64,000 bases of DNA from a virus, in the IMG/VR virus record IMGVR_UViG_3300037247_001118, positions 8,894 to 72,893 of that record; one strand, given 5' to 3'. Of the stretch, positions 29,799 through 39,074 are shown piece after piece; position 1 is the stretch's first letter, and the number at the start of each line of letters is the position of its first letter. A program made the translations under genes and the position numbers. Under the pieces are notes generated by a model that made no database searches, was not told where the DNA came from, and worked only from the letters and a program-made list of their open reading frames with translations.

Positions 29799-29828
29799 CC
29801 ACAAGAGGGATTCACAGAAGGAGACACT

Positions 29829-30416
29829 ATGGCCAACACAATGGAGTTTGACTTTACCGGAGCGCCTCCGGTGCAGGGGAAGGTCGGAGGCGATAGGATC
29901 GCACCCGGCACATATCTGCTTGAGATCGGCAAGCTGGATCCGACACCGGCCAAATCCGGTCGGGCGATGATCACCGCCACATTGGTGGTGAAGAACGACG
30001 GCCCCTACGTGGGCAAGAAGCTGGTCGAGCGGTTCTCGTTTCCGAGGCCGGGCAGCGATGACTCTTCCTTCCCCCTCCAACGCTGGCACGCCTTCCTGGT
30101 GGCCATCGGCATGAAGGAGCGGAAGGGCAAGCTGTCGTTGGACATCGACACGCTCATCGGCAAGGAGATAGTGGCCGAGGTCGACGACGAGTTCCAGGAA
30201 GCCAAGGACAACTTCCCCGCACGCACAGTGTCGCGTCCGATGGCGTTCCACCGCACGAAGTCGCCGGAAGCCGAAAACGTCGGCCAGACGACCGCCGTGC
30301 CGGCCGCCGCTCCGGCACCGGCACCCGCTGCCGCAGCCGAGGCACCTGCCGTTGCCGAGGCACCTGCGGAGGCAGAGGCAGCGGACGAGGACCTCTTCGC
30401 TGGCCTAGAGGACTAG
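29829..30416 (+). CDS. DUF669-like single-stranded DNA-binding protein
   Basis: FDF...IAPGTY...KSGRAM; Ala/Pro linker and acidic EDLF tail. Confidence 0.7.
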   Translation: MANTMEFDFTGAPPVQGKVGGDRIAPGTYLLEIGKLDPTPAKSGRAMITATLVVKNDGPYVGKKLVERFSFPRPGSDDSSFPLQRWHAFLVAIGMKERKGKLSLDIDTLIGKEIVAEVDDEFQEAKDNFPARTVSRPMAFHRTKSPEAENVGQTTAVPAAAPAPAPAAAAEAPAVAEAPAEAEAADEDLFAGLED

Positions 30417-30434
30417 GCAGACCGCACCTGATAC

Positions 30435-30466
30435 CCTGGGGCGCTCTCGTGTGAGGGCGCTCCAGG
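30435..30466 (+). terminator. 14-bp GC-rich hairpin after the SSB gene
   Basis: CCTGGGGCGCTCTC-gtgt-GAGGGCGCTCCAGG with two G-U pairs; no U tract. Confidence 0.5.
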
Positions 30467-30486
30467 CTGAGGAGGAACAGATAGAA

Positions 30487-30738
30487 ATGCCACCACGACG
30501 CGGGCCCCAATGCAGCCTACTATGCAGCGAGCCGGTGACCTACTCGGAGCGTGGTCACCCCCTCGCCGGTGACTACTGTGACAAGCACGGCTTAGCCGTC
30601 CACCGGCTGCGGCGCGGTTCGCCCTGCCCCTGCGGGCACTGCGATGGCGCTCGTGGGCGGGTACAGCGAAAGATCGAGCGGGAGGCCGTGGAGCAGGCGG
30701 CGGAGCCGAACCGTGCAGAGGAGCCCGATGCCGACTGA
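30487..30738 (+). CDS. Small Cys/His-rich protein
   Basis: CSLLC, CDKH, CPCGHC; GAGGAGG upstream. Confidence 0.5.
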   Translation: MPPRRGPQCSLLCSEPVTYSERGHPLAGDYCDKHGLAVHRLRRGSPCPCGHCDGARGRVQRKIEREAVEQAAEPNRAEEPDAD

Positions 30739-31021
30739 GACACAGCTCGTCGCACGGATCATGCTCATGCTGGAACGGCGCGGTGCCTACGCCAACAAGA
30801 ACCACGGCAGTCCGTTTCAGCGCCTGGGTCGGCCCGACATTGAGGGGTGCCTGGATGGGAGCTTCTTTGCCTTCGAGGTCAAGCTGCCGGGCAAGAAGCA
30901 CTCCCTCACACGGCTGCAAGTACAGGCACTGATCGAGATTCGAGAGGCTGGAGGATGCGCCGAAGTTGTCGAGAGCGTGCAAGAGGCAGAGGATTTGCTG
31001 CGTGCCTGGAACCTCGCCTAA
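30728..31021 (+). CDS. VRR-NUC domain nuclease (Holliday junction resolvase-like)
   Basis: ETQL...GRPDI...FEVK...LTRLQ. Confidence 0.88.
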   Translation: MPTETQLVARIMLMLERRGAYANKNHGSPFQRLGRPDIEGCLDGSFFAFEVKLPGKKHSLTRLQVQALIEIREAGGCAEVVESVQEAEDLLRAWNLA

Positions 31022-31229
31022 CCCTCGCCTCGCTCAGGCCCGCGATATTATCCGCCGGAAGGCCAAAGCGGTGGGCGAGATGGGGCTGTTCGACGCCGTC
31101 CACACGCTCGGCTGGTTCGACCAGATACACTACGACGAGGAGTGTGTCCTGCAAATACGAGACCTCGGAGACTTGCAGACGGTGGCGCTGGCCGCTGCGC
31201 TGATCGCCTACGCGGAGGGGATGCGTTGA
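31002..31229 (+). CDS. Hypothetical protein
   Basis: Fills the gap before the primase gene; start uncertain. Confidence 0.45.
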   Translation: MPGTSPNPRLAQARDIIRRKAKAVGEMGLFDAVHTLGWFDQIHYDEECVLQIRDLGDLQTVALAAALIAYAEGMR

Positions 31230-34078
31230 CCAAGATCAAGACCGCCGCACTACAATTCGCCGACGCAGGCCTACCCGTCCTGGCGATTCACCTGCCGGAC
31301 GGCACGGACGGCTGCACGTGCTCGAACCCCGACTGCGCCAGTCCCGGCAAGCATCCGCGGGCGGATCTGTGCCCGCACGGTGTGCTGGACGCGACGACGG
31401 ACGCGGAGGTGATCTCCGGCTGGCCTGACGATATCAACATCGGTGTGGCTCTCGGCGCGGCCGCTAGTGGCGTCATGGTGTTCGACGTTGACCACTTGGA
31501 GATCGCCGCACGCTTCCTCGACCCCGAGTACGGCATACCCGACCAAACTGCCATCGCGTCCAGCGGGCGCCTCGGGGCGCACATCTGGTTCCGCACGACG
31601 GGCCCGACTAAGACGTTCCACCTCCGCGCTGCGACAGGTGAGAAGATCGGCGAGGTACGCGGTGACGGTGCCTACGTCGTCGTCCCGCCATCGCTGGCGA
31701 TAACCGGTAGGCGCTACCAGTGGGTAGGACAGCCCGCTAGAGTGGACGTTACGCGCTTCCACGCCACAGACGACCCCCGAAGCTACATAGAGGGCCTCCT
31801 GGCCGACGTGGGGACCGCTGTAGGCGACGGTGGGGGTGGTGCGGCCACCTCGACGCCGGACAAGTACCGCCAGCTGCCACTTGCAGCTATCGACATTCCC
31901 GAGCGGATCGTCAAGCACTCGCTCATGCAGCGCTTACGGCAGCAGCTAGCCGGTCACCACACGAAGCCCGCCGGCAAGTCCGACCCGGACCGCTCCAAGC
32001 GTCTGATGGGCGTCGGCTTCGCCGCACGCGACGCTGCGAAGGAGATGGGCCAGCCACTCACAGTAGAGGAGTGCGCAGGCATCGTCAAGATGGCCGTCAT
32101 CGGATGGTATGGCAAATACGACGAGGGGCGCTCCGACATGGACTTCCGGTGCTGGGAGATCGCCTGGAAGGCGTTCGATGAGATCGGCGTCACTGAGACG
32201 GGCATTCCGGCGGTGACTACGGGCGGACCGAAGTACAGCGCCGACAATTACTTCTGGGACGAGTCGGACGGCAAAGTCTACAAGCGGATTCACCGCAAGG
32301 ACGGTGAGGATGCGCAGGAAATCTGCAACTTCCTCCCCGAGATCATCGAGGACATTGAGCTCGACGCCGGCGGCACCACCGACGAGGGCGAGCGCGTCTG
32401 GCGCGTGCGCTTCACCCGCCCGGGCAGCGTCCACGAGCTGGTGCTGCGCGTTGACGACCGCACGCGCAAGAAGGGACGGCTAGAGGCGGCGCTGGCCGGC
32501 AGTCTCCTGCCAAGCGACTTCATTGTCTGCGCGCGGCATGCGCCCGAGGTGCGCGAGGCGATGCAGGCGCTGAGCGATCCCGAGCGGCGCAAGGCGTTCG
32601 CGGTCACCGGCTGGATGGACGACCACACCGTCTACGTGCTCCCCGGTGCCGACGGCGGTATCTCGGCGCAGGGAGTGGACGAGTTGCGGCGGATCGACCC
32701 AGACCGGCTGCCCACCGGCGCCATTGTGATCCGCTCCGAGCTCATGCTCTACGGACAGGGGGTACGGCCACCGACGACTCCCGAGGAGCGGGCAGCGGCG
32801 TGGCAGGCGTTCCGCACCCTGATCGGCGTGGCACCCCCCCGCGTGTCCGTCCCTGTTGTCCTACAGGTGCTTGCCGGCCCCCTGGCGTCGAGCGGTATCG
32901 GGGCCGTGCCGCCGCTGGTACACGTCATGGGCAAGACCGGCATTCTCAAGACGAGCTTCTGCCTCGCAGCGCTCTCGCTCTTCGGGAAGTTCAAGAACAA
33001 CGCGCCCACACCGTGGACCTCGACGACGACGTTCCTCACCTCGTTCCTTCACACCGCCAAGGACCTGACGGTGCTGGTAGACGACTACAAGCGCAGCGTC
33101 GTCAAGCCGACCGAGTTCACCGCGTTCATTCAGAACTACGCCGACCGTACAGGCCGTGGCCGCGGCAACCCGGACGGTACGGCGCGCGTCACACAGATCG
33201 CACGTGGGCTGATGCTGAGCACCGGCGAGGACAAGTGGGAGGGCGAGGCGTCCGTAGAGGCGCGTACCATCATCGTCCCGCTACAGGGTGGCGACATTGA
33301 TCTTGAGCGGCTGAGCGCCACCCAGGCGCTGGTACAGCGGCAGGAGCTCCAGCTCTTCGGCGGTGCGTACCTACTGTGGCTGGCTAAGCACGGCAAGCTA
33401 CTGGGAGAGAATGCGTTGGACGACACCTGCGAGCGGTGGCGCCTCAAGCTAGTAAAGGCCACAGGCCAGGGCGATGGCATACACTTGCGTATTCTCAGCT
33501 CCTACGCCTCGCTGCTAGCTGCCGGCGAGGTCGTCGTGCGGTTCGTCCGCGCCACCTTCGGCAAGGAGGCCGGGCAGGAAGTCATGGACTGGATCAGGGA
33601 GGCCACGAAGGCGCTGGTCGCCGGAGCCGAGGAACAGGCCAAGGACATCGCCAGCTCGTCGCCGTACCGGAAGATGGCGACGGCGCTCTCCGAAGGCCTG
33701 GCGGCGCGCAAGATCCGCCTCATGCCGGCGGTAGGTGTCGACGCGTCACACTCCGCCCACCCGGACAGTGCACCGGCTGCTGAGACGGTAGGGTACTGGG
33801 AAGAGAAGCACGGCGTCGTGTTCGCGCTGCTCACCCGGGAGAGCACCTACGGCTGGTACGAAGGCGTCCAGGTCCGGCGCGGCAGCCGCGTTGGCTTCTC
33901 CTGGGCGGCGGTGTTGAAGGAGGCGGTGGACGAGTTTGGTGGAGAACGCGTCGAACGAAAGCGGGTAAGGGTGGGGGATAAGACCTCACAACTCAGCGGC
34001 GTCCTTGTCCCGCTGGACACCCTCACTCAAGAAAACGACTCACAAGAATCACTAGACTCACAGCTAGATCGTAGCTAG
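31226..34078 (+). CDS. Bifunctional primase-polymerase fused to a helicase-like (DUF927-like) ATPase
   Basis: CTC..C..PGKHP, NIGV, VFDVD, GAHIWF, YVVVPPS; Walker A GKTGILKT and Walker B LVDD. Confidence 0.88.
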   Translation: MTKIKTAALQFADAGLPVLAIHLPDGTDGCTCSNPDCASPGKHPRADLCPHGVLDATTDAEVISGWPDDINIGVALGAAASGVMVFDVDHLEIAARFLDPEYGIPDQTAIASSGRLGAHIWFRTTGPTKTFHLRAATGEKIGEVRGDGAYVVVPPSLAITGRRYQWVGQPARVDVTRFHATDDPRSYIEGLLADVGTAVGDGGGGAATSTPDKYRQLPLAAIDIPERIVKHSLMQRLRQQLAGHHTKPAGKSDPDRSKRLMGVGFAARDAAKEMGQPLTVEECAGIVKMAVIGWYGKYDEGRSDMDFRCWEIAWKAFDEIGVTETGIPAVTTGGPKYSADNYFWDESDGKVYKRIHRKDGEDAQEICNFLPEIIEDIELDAGGTTDEGERVWRVRFTRPGSVHELVLRVDDRTRKKGRLEAALAGSLLPSDFIVCARHAPEVREAMQALSDPERRKAFAVTGWMDDHTVYVLPGADGGISAQGVDELRRIDPDRLPTGAIVIRSELMLYGQGVRPPTTPEERAAAWQAFRTLIGVAPPRVSVPVVLQVLAGPLASSGIGAVPPLVHVMGKTGILKTSFCLAALSLFGKFKNNAPTPWTSTTTFLTSFLHTAKDLTVLVDDYKRSVVKPTEFTAFIQNYADRTGRGRGNPDGTARVTQIARGLMLSTGEDKWEGEASVEARTIIVPLQGGDIDLERLSATQALVQRQELQLFGGAYLLWLAKHGKLLGENALDDTCERWRLKLVKATGQGDGIHLRILSSYASLLAAGEVVVRFVRATFGKEAGQEVMDWIREATKALVAGAEEQAKDIASSSPYRKMATALSEGLAARKIRLMPAVGVDASHSAHPDSAPAAETVGYWEEKHGVVFALLTRESTYGWYEGVQVRRGSRVGFSWAAVLKEAVDEFGGERVERKRVRVGDKTSQLSGVLVPLDTLTQENDSQESLDSQLDRS

Positions 34079-34285
34079 GGTGAGTGTTGTGAGTGGTGTG
34101 AGTAGAGAAAAATATATATATATATAGGAGAGAATTGGAGTGTTCGTTCAGACGCGTCAGAAATATTTGGGGGATCAGAATCTCTATACATACATGTGTA
34201 GCCCCAAACGCCGTCACATCCCTCACATCCGTCCCTTTCGTATCTGAAAACGTGTGAGACAGGGTGTGAGTGTTGTGATAGAAGG
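34079..34285. other. Putative replication origin
   Basis: The only strongly AT-rich non-coding stretch (AAAAA followed by an AT run); direct GTGAGT repeats, TCACATCC x2, and a second GTGAGTGTTGTGA copy; immediately after the primase gene. Confidence 0.6.
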
Positions 34286-34295
34286 AGAAAGTGCC

Positions 34296-34499
34296 ATGCC
34301 TGAACAAAATGACCAGCCCGAGAACACAGTAGGCGACGAGCCGACCTGCCCTTGGTGCGGCGAGCCCATAGGCGACGAGCCCTTTATCGCTCCGCCCGAA
34401 GTCCGTTCCCCCCAGAACCGCATCCACCTGCGCTGTACGTCGCCCATGATCGCCGAACTAGAGGAGAAGCTGGCGGCGTTGGAGGCGGCGACAGAGTGA
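34296..34499 (+). CDS. Small Zn-binding hypothetical protein
   Basis: CPWC...HLRC; AAGGAG RBS. Confidence 0.55.
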   Translation: MPEQNDQPENTVGDEPTCPWCGEPIGDEPFIAPPEVRSPQNRIHLRCTSPMIAELEEKLAALEAATE

Positions 34500-34528
34500 G
34501 GATTCAGGAGCAGAAAGGACAAGACAAC

Positions 34529-35563
34529 ATGGCAAAGGTGAAGAAGACAGGCACGAAGTTCCAGCTCTTCCCCGCGTTGCGGCCTGACGAGTACGATGCG
34601 CTGAAGGCGGACATCGCTGAGCGCGGCGTCCTTGTCCCCGTGGAGATCGATCAGGATGGGCAGATGCTTGATGGCCACCACCGGCTGAAGATCGCCGGCG
34701 AGCTGGGGATCGAGGCGCCGACGGTACAGCGAGAGTTCACAGATGACGACGCGCGGATGGCGCATGTGATCGCCCTGAACCTCAAGCGGCGACATCTGGA
34801 TGCCGTGACATGGGGCGAGATGTTCATTCGCTATGCAGAGGCGCGAGGTGTGCGGCTCGGAACCCAAGGGAGGCAATCGGAGAAAACGGACACAGTGTCC
34901 GTTTTAGCATCCGAACTGGGTGTGGAGGAGCGGACGGCAAGACGCCATGTTGAAGCTGCCCACCTGTCCGAGCCCATGAAGGAAGCGGTACGTTCTGGTG
35001 CAAAGACGGTCTCTACCGCAAAGCGTGAAGCCAAGCGTACCGAACGCCGTGAGTCTGATCCCGGCCCACCGCCGACGGGCACCTTCCGAACCATCGTCAT
35101 TGATCCGCCCTGGGATTACGGTGACCATTCCGTGCGTGGTGCCGCTGCTACTCACTACGCCGTCATGTCACTGGCGGACATCACAGCGCTGCCCGTCAAG
35201 GACATGGCCGGCGAGGAGGCACACCTCTACCTGTGGGTGACGAACCCACACATGCCCATCATCTGGGACATCATCGAAGCCTGGGGCTTTGACTACAAGA
35301 CCATGCTGACCTGGGTGAAGCCACAGATGGGCACTGGCCACTACTTCCGAGGTGCGACCGAGCATGTTGCCTTCTGTACACGGGGCAACCTGCCGTTGCG
35401 GAAGGCCAACATCCGCAACTGGTTTGAGGCAGATCGTACCAAGCACAGTGCGAAGCCCGAGAAGTTCTACAAGCTAGTTGAGGAGGCCAGTCACGGCCCG
35501 TATGTGGAACTGTTTGCGCGAACACGGCGCGAAGGATGGGAGGGGTGGGGCGATGAGCTTTGA
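34529..35563 (+). CDS. ParB-N domain fused to an MT-A70 family adenine methyltransferase
   Basis: LDGHHR, NLKRRHL; IDPPW, LYLWVT, WGFDYKT, HSAKPE, ELFAR. Confidence 0.9.
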   Translation: MAKVKKTGTKFQLFPALRPDEYDALKADIAERGVLVPVEIDQDGQMLDGHHRLKIAGELGIEAPTVQREFTDDDARMAHVIALNLKRRHLDAVTWGEMFIRYAEARGVRLGTQGRQSEKTDTVSVLASELGVEERTARRHVEAAHLSEPMKEAVRSGAKTVSTAKREAKRTERRESDPGPPPTGTFRTIVIDPPWDYGDHSVRGAAATHYAVMSLADITALPVKDMAGEEAHLYLWVTNPHMPIIWDIIEAWGFDYKTMLTWVKPQMGTGHYFRGATEHVAFCTRGNLPLRKANIRNWFEADRTKHSAKPEKFYKLVEEASHGPYVELFARTRREGWEGWGDEL

Positions 35564-36068
35564 CTGGGACGGGGACGTGAAAGGAAGTAGCGGGGCTGAG
35601 AAGCTGACCGTCGGCATTCTTCAGAGCGGCTGGCGCGGTGCGCGCGATGTGCGAAACATCAGCGACCATCACCTCCCGTGGGATCACGAGGCGTTTCTTC
35701 CAGAGTTCGGGCGTGTCGTTCGCATTGATACGAAGGCGGTGAAGAAGACTTACCCGGCGATCTTCTGGGAGACGCGGCATGAGGGAATTGAGACTCCCAG
35801 TTGGGGCACCGAGGAGCGACTGGACCTAATTTTCTATTACATGCCGACCCGCTGCTACGTGCTCGATGTGGCGAAAGCCCGCAGCCTGATCGATGGGCAC
35901 TTCGTAGAGATGCGCCTGTCCCAACCGACAGTTAGAGCCGAGCGCTCCTGGTACACGTTCGGCTGTGTCGTACCTATTGAGCGCATACGAAGCGCACTGG
36001 TGGCAGACTTTGGGCCACCGGGACCTGAGCCAGAAGAGGAACCATCGGGACCCGAGTGGGAAACGTAA
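35553..36068 (+). CDS. Putative PD-(D/E)XK nuclease-like protein
   Basis: GAEK...WD...RIDTK...IFWET pattern; overlaps the MT-A70 gene end. Confidence 0.5.
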   Translation: MSFDWDGDVKGSSGAEKLTVGILQSGWRGARDVRNISDHHLPWDHEAFLPEFGRVVRIDTKAVKKTYPAIFWETRHEGIETPSWGTEERLDLIFYYMPTRCYVLDVAKARSLIDGHFVEMRLSQPTVRAERSWYTFGCVVPIERIRSALVADFGPPGPEPEEEPSGPEWET

Positions 36069-36086
36069 GGAACTAGGAGGTACCCC

Positions 36087-36287
36087 ATGACCAAGCGACA
36101 GAAGACCTGGACCTCGACGGCGATCAAGCGCCTGCGCAAGCGTCGGCGCGCGTCGCAGACGGCCTTCGGCATATTGCTCGGCGTGTCGATCATGACCGTC
36201 TCGCGCTGGGAGCGCGGCGTCTCAGTGCCGGCGCCACAACAGCGGACGGCGCTGGACAAGCTAATGGGAGAGCCGTCCAATGGCTGA
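36087..36287 (+). CDS. XRE-family HTH regulator
   Basis: IKRLRK..SQTAFGILLGVSIMTVSRWERG..P. Confidence 0.9.
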   Translation: MTKRQKTWTSTAIKRLRKRRRASQTAFGILLGVSIMTVSRWERGVSVPAPQQRTALDKLMGEPSNG

Positions 36288-37146
36288 TCTCATTCGAGTA
36301 GTAGACGTCAGCGAGTTCACCACGACGATCCCGCACTCGTGGTGGCGAGACCTGCGCGACAGGCTCGGCGTCAAGGCCGCCGTGATTCAGGCGTGGGGTG
36401 GCGGCTACGTCCCGGGACGCCGCAACGAGCACTTCGCACAGCACGTCGAAGGCGCACTCCGCGCCGGCATGAGCGTCGCTGCCTACGTGTGGCCCCCAGA
36501 CGAGTACGTGGATGCCTTCCGCTGGATCGAGCAGTCTGGCTACAAGTCCGAGCTCGCGTTCTACGCCCACGACGTGGAGCAGGGTGCCGGCGTCACACAG
36601 CAATACGTCGAGGCCGCGGACCAGTGGCTCGGCCGGCCGTCGTGGATTTACGCGTCGCCCGGTTCGTGGCGGAATATCCAGAGCGCCACTCAGCGGAGCC
36701 AACTCCTGTGGTACGCCGACCACCCGCTGTGGCTGGCACGCTACCCGCTGTCACCGGAGCGCCTCGGCGGCAACACCGTCTGGTGGCCGCGTGACGAAGC
36801 CGACCCATTCGGCGGCTTTGAGGTCGGCGCCTGGCGCGAAGCCCGCGGCTGGCAATTCCAGGGGACGACGCGGATCGGCAACGAGACCTGCGACCTCAAC
36901 CTATTCCACGCCGACGCGTTCGACATTCAGCAGCAAGGAGAAGATGACATGTCAACACCTGAGTACGACGAACTGAAGTCCCGCCTGGACGGCTTGCAGG
37001 CCCTGGTCCGCGCCTCCGCTAACAATCTCCACGCCCGTGTGGGAGACCTAGAGGACGGCGACCTGGAAGTGCTTATCTGGCCGGTGGGGCTGGTGGAACT
37101 GCGGACGCTGCGCCACCGCGCCTACTACAGCAAGCAGGCCGACTAG
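36280..37146 (+). CDS. GH25 muramidase-like endolysin
   Basis: VDVSEF, HDVE, WIY, LWLARY, GWQF, CDLNLF. Confidence 0.8.
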   Translation: MADLIRVVDVSEFTTTIPHSWWRDLRDRLGVKAAVIQAWGGGYVPGRRNEHFAQHVEGALRAGMSVAAYVWPPDEYVDAFRWIEQSGYKSELAFYAHDVEQGAGVTQQYVEAADQWLGRPSWIYASPGSWRNIQSATQRSQLLWYADHPLWLARYPLSPERLGGNTVWWPRDEADPFGGFEVGAWREARGWQFQGTTRIGNETCDLNLFHADAFDIQQQGEDDMSTPEYDELKSRLDGLQALVRASANNLHARVGDLEDGDLEVLIWPVGLVELRTLRHRAYYSKQAD

Positions 37147-37170
37147 CACTACCGCCGCAGCATAGCGCGC

Positions 37171-37199
37171 TTGACAAGCATGATTAAACGTGCTATGCT
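37171..37199 (+). promoter_or_regulatory. Sigma70-type promoter with ATGATTAAAC motif
   Basis: TTGACA-17-TATGCT with extended TG. Confidence 0.8.
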
Positions 37200-37220
37200 G
37201 CGGGGGAGGAGGAGAGTACA

Positions 37221-37451
37221 ATGATCCCACTGATTCTTATCGGAGCAGCCATCGTGTATGCGGTATGTAGCCTGTTGGCGTACAAAGCGACATTCGCGTA
37301 CTTTCAGAAAGAGTACCCCCGTATCGCCGAGTCCACAAGGGGCAGCGATAGAGCTATCGCGGGATTCATGGCAGCGATTGGTCCTCTGGGTCTGGCCATT
37401 GCCGCTACGCATGGAGGCTTCTTCAAGCACGGTTTCACGACGAAGTCATGA
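37221..37451 (+). CDS. Small membrane protein (two transmembrane segments)
   Basis: Two hydrophobic segments; AGGAGGAGA RBS. Confidence 0.6.
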   Translation: MIPLILIGAAIVYAVCSLLAYKATFAYFQKEYPRIAESTRGSDRAIAGFMAAIGPLGLAIAATHGGFFKHGFTTKS

Positions 37452-37753
37452 CCAACCCTACTCTACAGGACGCACCCGACGCCACGGCGGATCGCGGCAC
37501 GCTGCTTGCGTGGTACCGTGACGTAGTGCAGACCTTCGCCGCCTGTCACCACTACGAAGCCTTCAGGGGGCTGTGCTACTGGTGCCTCGGAGAAGAGCAG
37601 CAGTTTCGGGCGCGCGGTGCCCGCCGAGACGACACTGTCAAGTATTGCTCCACCCGCTGCGTTGACGCCGCCGACGCATACCGCACCAAGGTTCTGCACG
37701 GCGGCAAGACGCCGGCGCTAGACGCCGAGAACGAGGCAGGGGACGTAGCATGA
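37448..37753 (+). CDS. Zn-finger hypothetical protein
   Basis: CYWC...YCSTRC. Confidence 0.6.
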   Translation: MTNPTLQDAPDATADRGTLLAWYRDVVQTFAACHHYEAFRGLCYWCLGEEQQFRARGARRDDTVKYCSTRCVDAADAYRTKVLHGGKTPALDAENEAGDVA

Positions 37754-38469
37754 CCGACCGCGACAGCATCATCGAGAAGGTCCAGGCGATGCTGGAGAAG
37801 GTGCCCGAGCGCGGCGCGACAGAGGCTGAGGCCGCGACGGCGCTAGAGATGGCGCATCGGCTCTTGGTCAAGCACAACCTGTCGATGGCGGAGGTCGAGA
37901 CGATCACGGAGGAGGCCGGCCAGGTCGTGGAGGAATGCGATCTGGGGATAGGCGCTAATGGCGCCCTTCTGCGCAATACACGGCAGAGTTGGCAGGGCGC
38001 ATTGGCGGCGGTGATCGGTCGCCACTTCTTCGTCCAGGTACTCTGCTTCCACGGGACGCTGATCTTCATCGGTCGGGCCGACAACGTCGCCACTGTCCGG
38101 GAACTGAATGCCTGGATCGTCGGCCAGGTATCGCGGCTGGCGCTTGAGGCATGCCACGAGGAGGGGCGGGTGGCGCGCTACGAGAAGACCTGGATTCGGT
38201 CGTGCCGGATCGGTATCGTGATGCGCATTCACGAGCGGTTAGAGGCGCTGGTCGCGGCGCAGGCGGCGAAGGATGTGAAGCTGCGCGCACTGGTCGTGCG
38301 CTACGATGACGAGAACGCCAAGTATGTCAAGGACCGATATGGCAAGCCGCAGTCAGCGCCGCCACTGGGCGGCATCAATCCCGAAGCAGTCGAGGCCGGC
38401 CTAGAGACCGGCGACCGCGTTAGCCTTCACCCGGCGGCACATCAGGTACAAGGAGGATCGCAGCAGTGA
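37750..38469 (+). CDS. DUF2786-like protein
   Basis: IIEKVQAML...ATEAEAATALEMAHRLLVKHNL. Confidence 0.8.
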   Translation: MTDRDSIIEKVQAMLEKVPERGATEAEAATALEMAHRLLVKHNLSMAEVETITEEAGQVVEECDLGIGANGALLRNTRQSWQGALAAVIGRHFFVQVLCFHGTLIFIGRADNVATVRELNAWIVGQVSRLALEACHEEGRVARYEKTWIRSCRIGIVMRIHERLEALVAAQAAKDVKLRALVVRYDDENAKYVKDRYGKPQSAPPLGGINPEAVEAGLETGDRVSLHPAAHQVQGGSQQ

Positions 38470-38681
38470 CCACCATCGTAGGGCCAGTAGTGACAGAGGT
38501 GTCAGGGGAGAAGTGGCCGGGGGGCGCGACGAGCTCCTCGTTAGTTTTCCTCCCCCTTCCATTGCGGCCACAGCATAATTGGACAGCGGTGACGATCCCG
38601 CAACTGGCCCCCACCCTTCAGATTCTTGGCGTCGTGCCGATGCTAGTGGAGGAGGAGTACTATGCCCCAACAGGTCGGTAA
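38466..38681 (+). CDS. Hypothetical protein
   Basis: GTGA overlap with the previous stop; AGGAGG RBS. Confidence 0.45.
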   Translation: MTTIVGPVVTEVSGEKWPGGATSSSLVFLPLPLRPQHNWTAVTIPQLAPTLQILGVVPMLVEEEYYAPTGR

Positions 38682-38853
38682 GCAGTGCCCGCGCTGCCGC
38701 GGCGCGATGATGCCCGAGCGCGACTTCCACGGTGAGTACCTGACCTGCCTTCAGTGCGGCCACGCCGTTGACATGCTGCACGGTAGCGAAGTCAAGCCTG
38801 CGTCGCGGGAAGAGCTCGGCTACGCCCGACCGAGACGGAGCTCGTACCGATAA
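38662..38853 (+). CDS. Zn-ribbon protein
   Basis: CPRCRG...CLQCG. Confidence 0.65.
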   Translation: MPQQVGKQCPRCRGAMMPERDFHGEYLTCLQCGHAVDMLHGSEVKPASREELGYARPRRSSYR

Positions 38854-39059
38854 TGAGCAAGCGAAACTGCACTCACTGGTGGAAGGTGCCGGCGCAGCAC
38901 CTGGGCCCGGACGCGCCGGCTACCTGCAAGCGCTGTGGGGCGACGCGAGTGTTCCCCCGGACGCTGCCTTCACAGACGTGGTGTCTGCGCCGGAAGTCAT
39001 GGCGCGGTCAGATCCAGGACATGCAGGATCGCCTGCACGAAGCGGAGAACGTACAGTAG
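38853..39059 (+). CDS. Small Cys/His protein
   Basis: CTHWW...CKRCG. Confidence 0.55.
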   Translation: MSKRNCTHWWKVPAQHLGPDAPATCKRCGATRVFPRTLPSQTWCLRRKSWRGQIQDMQDRLHEAENVQ

Positions 39060-39074
39060 AGGAGGAGATTCACG

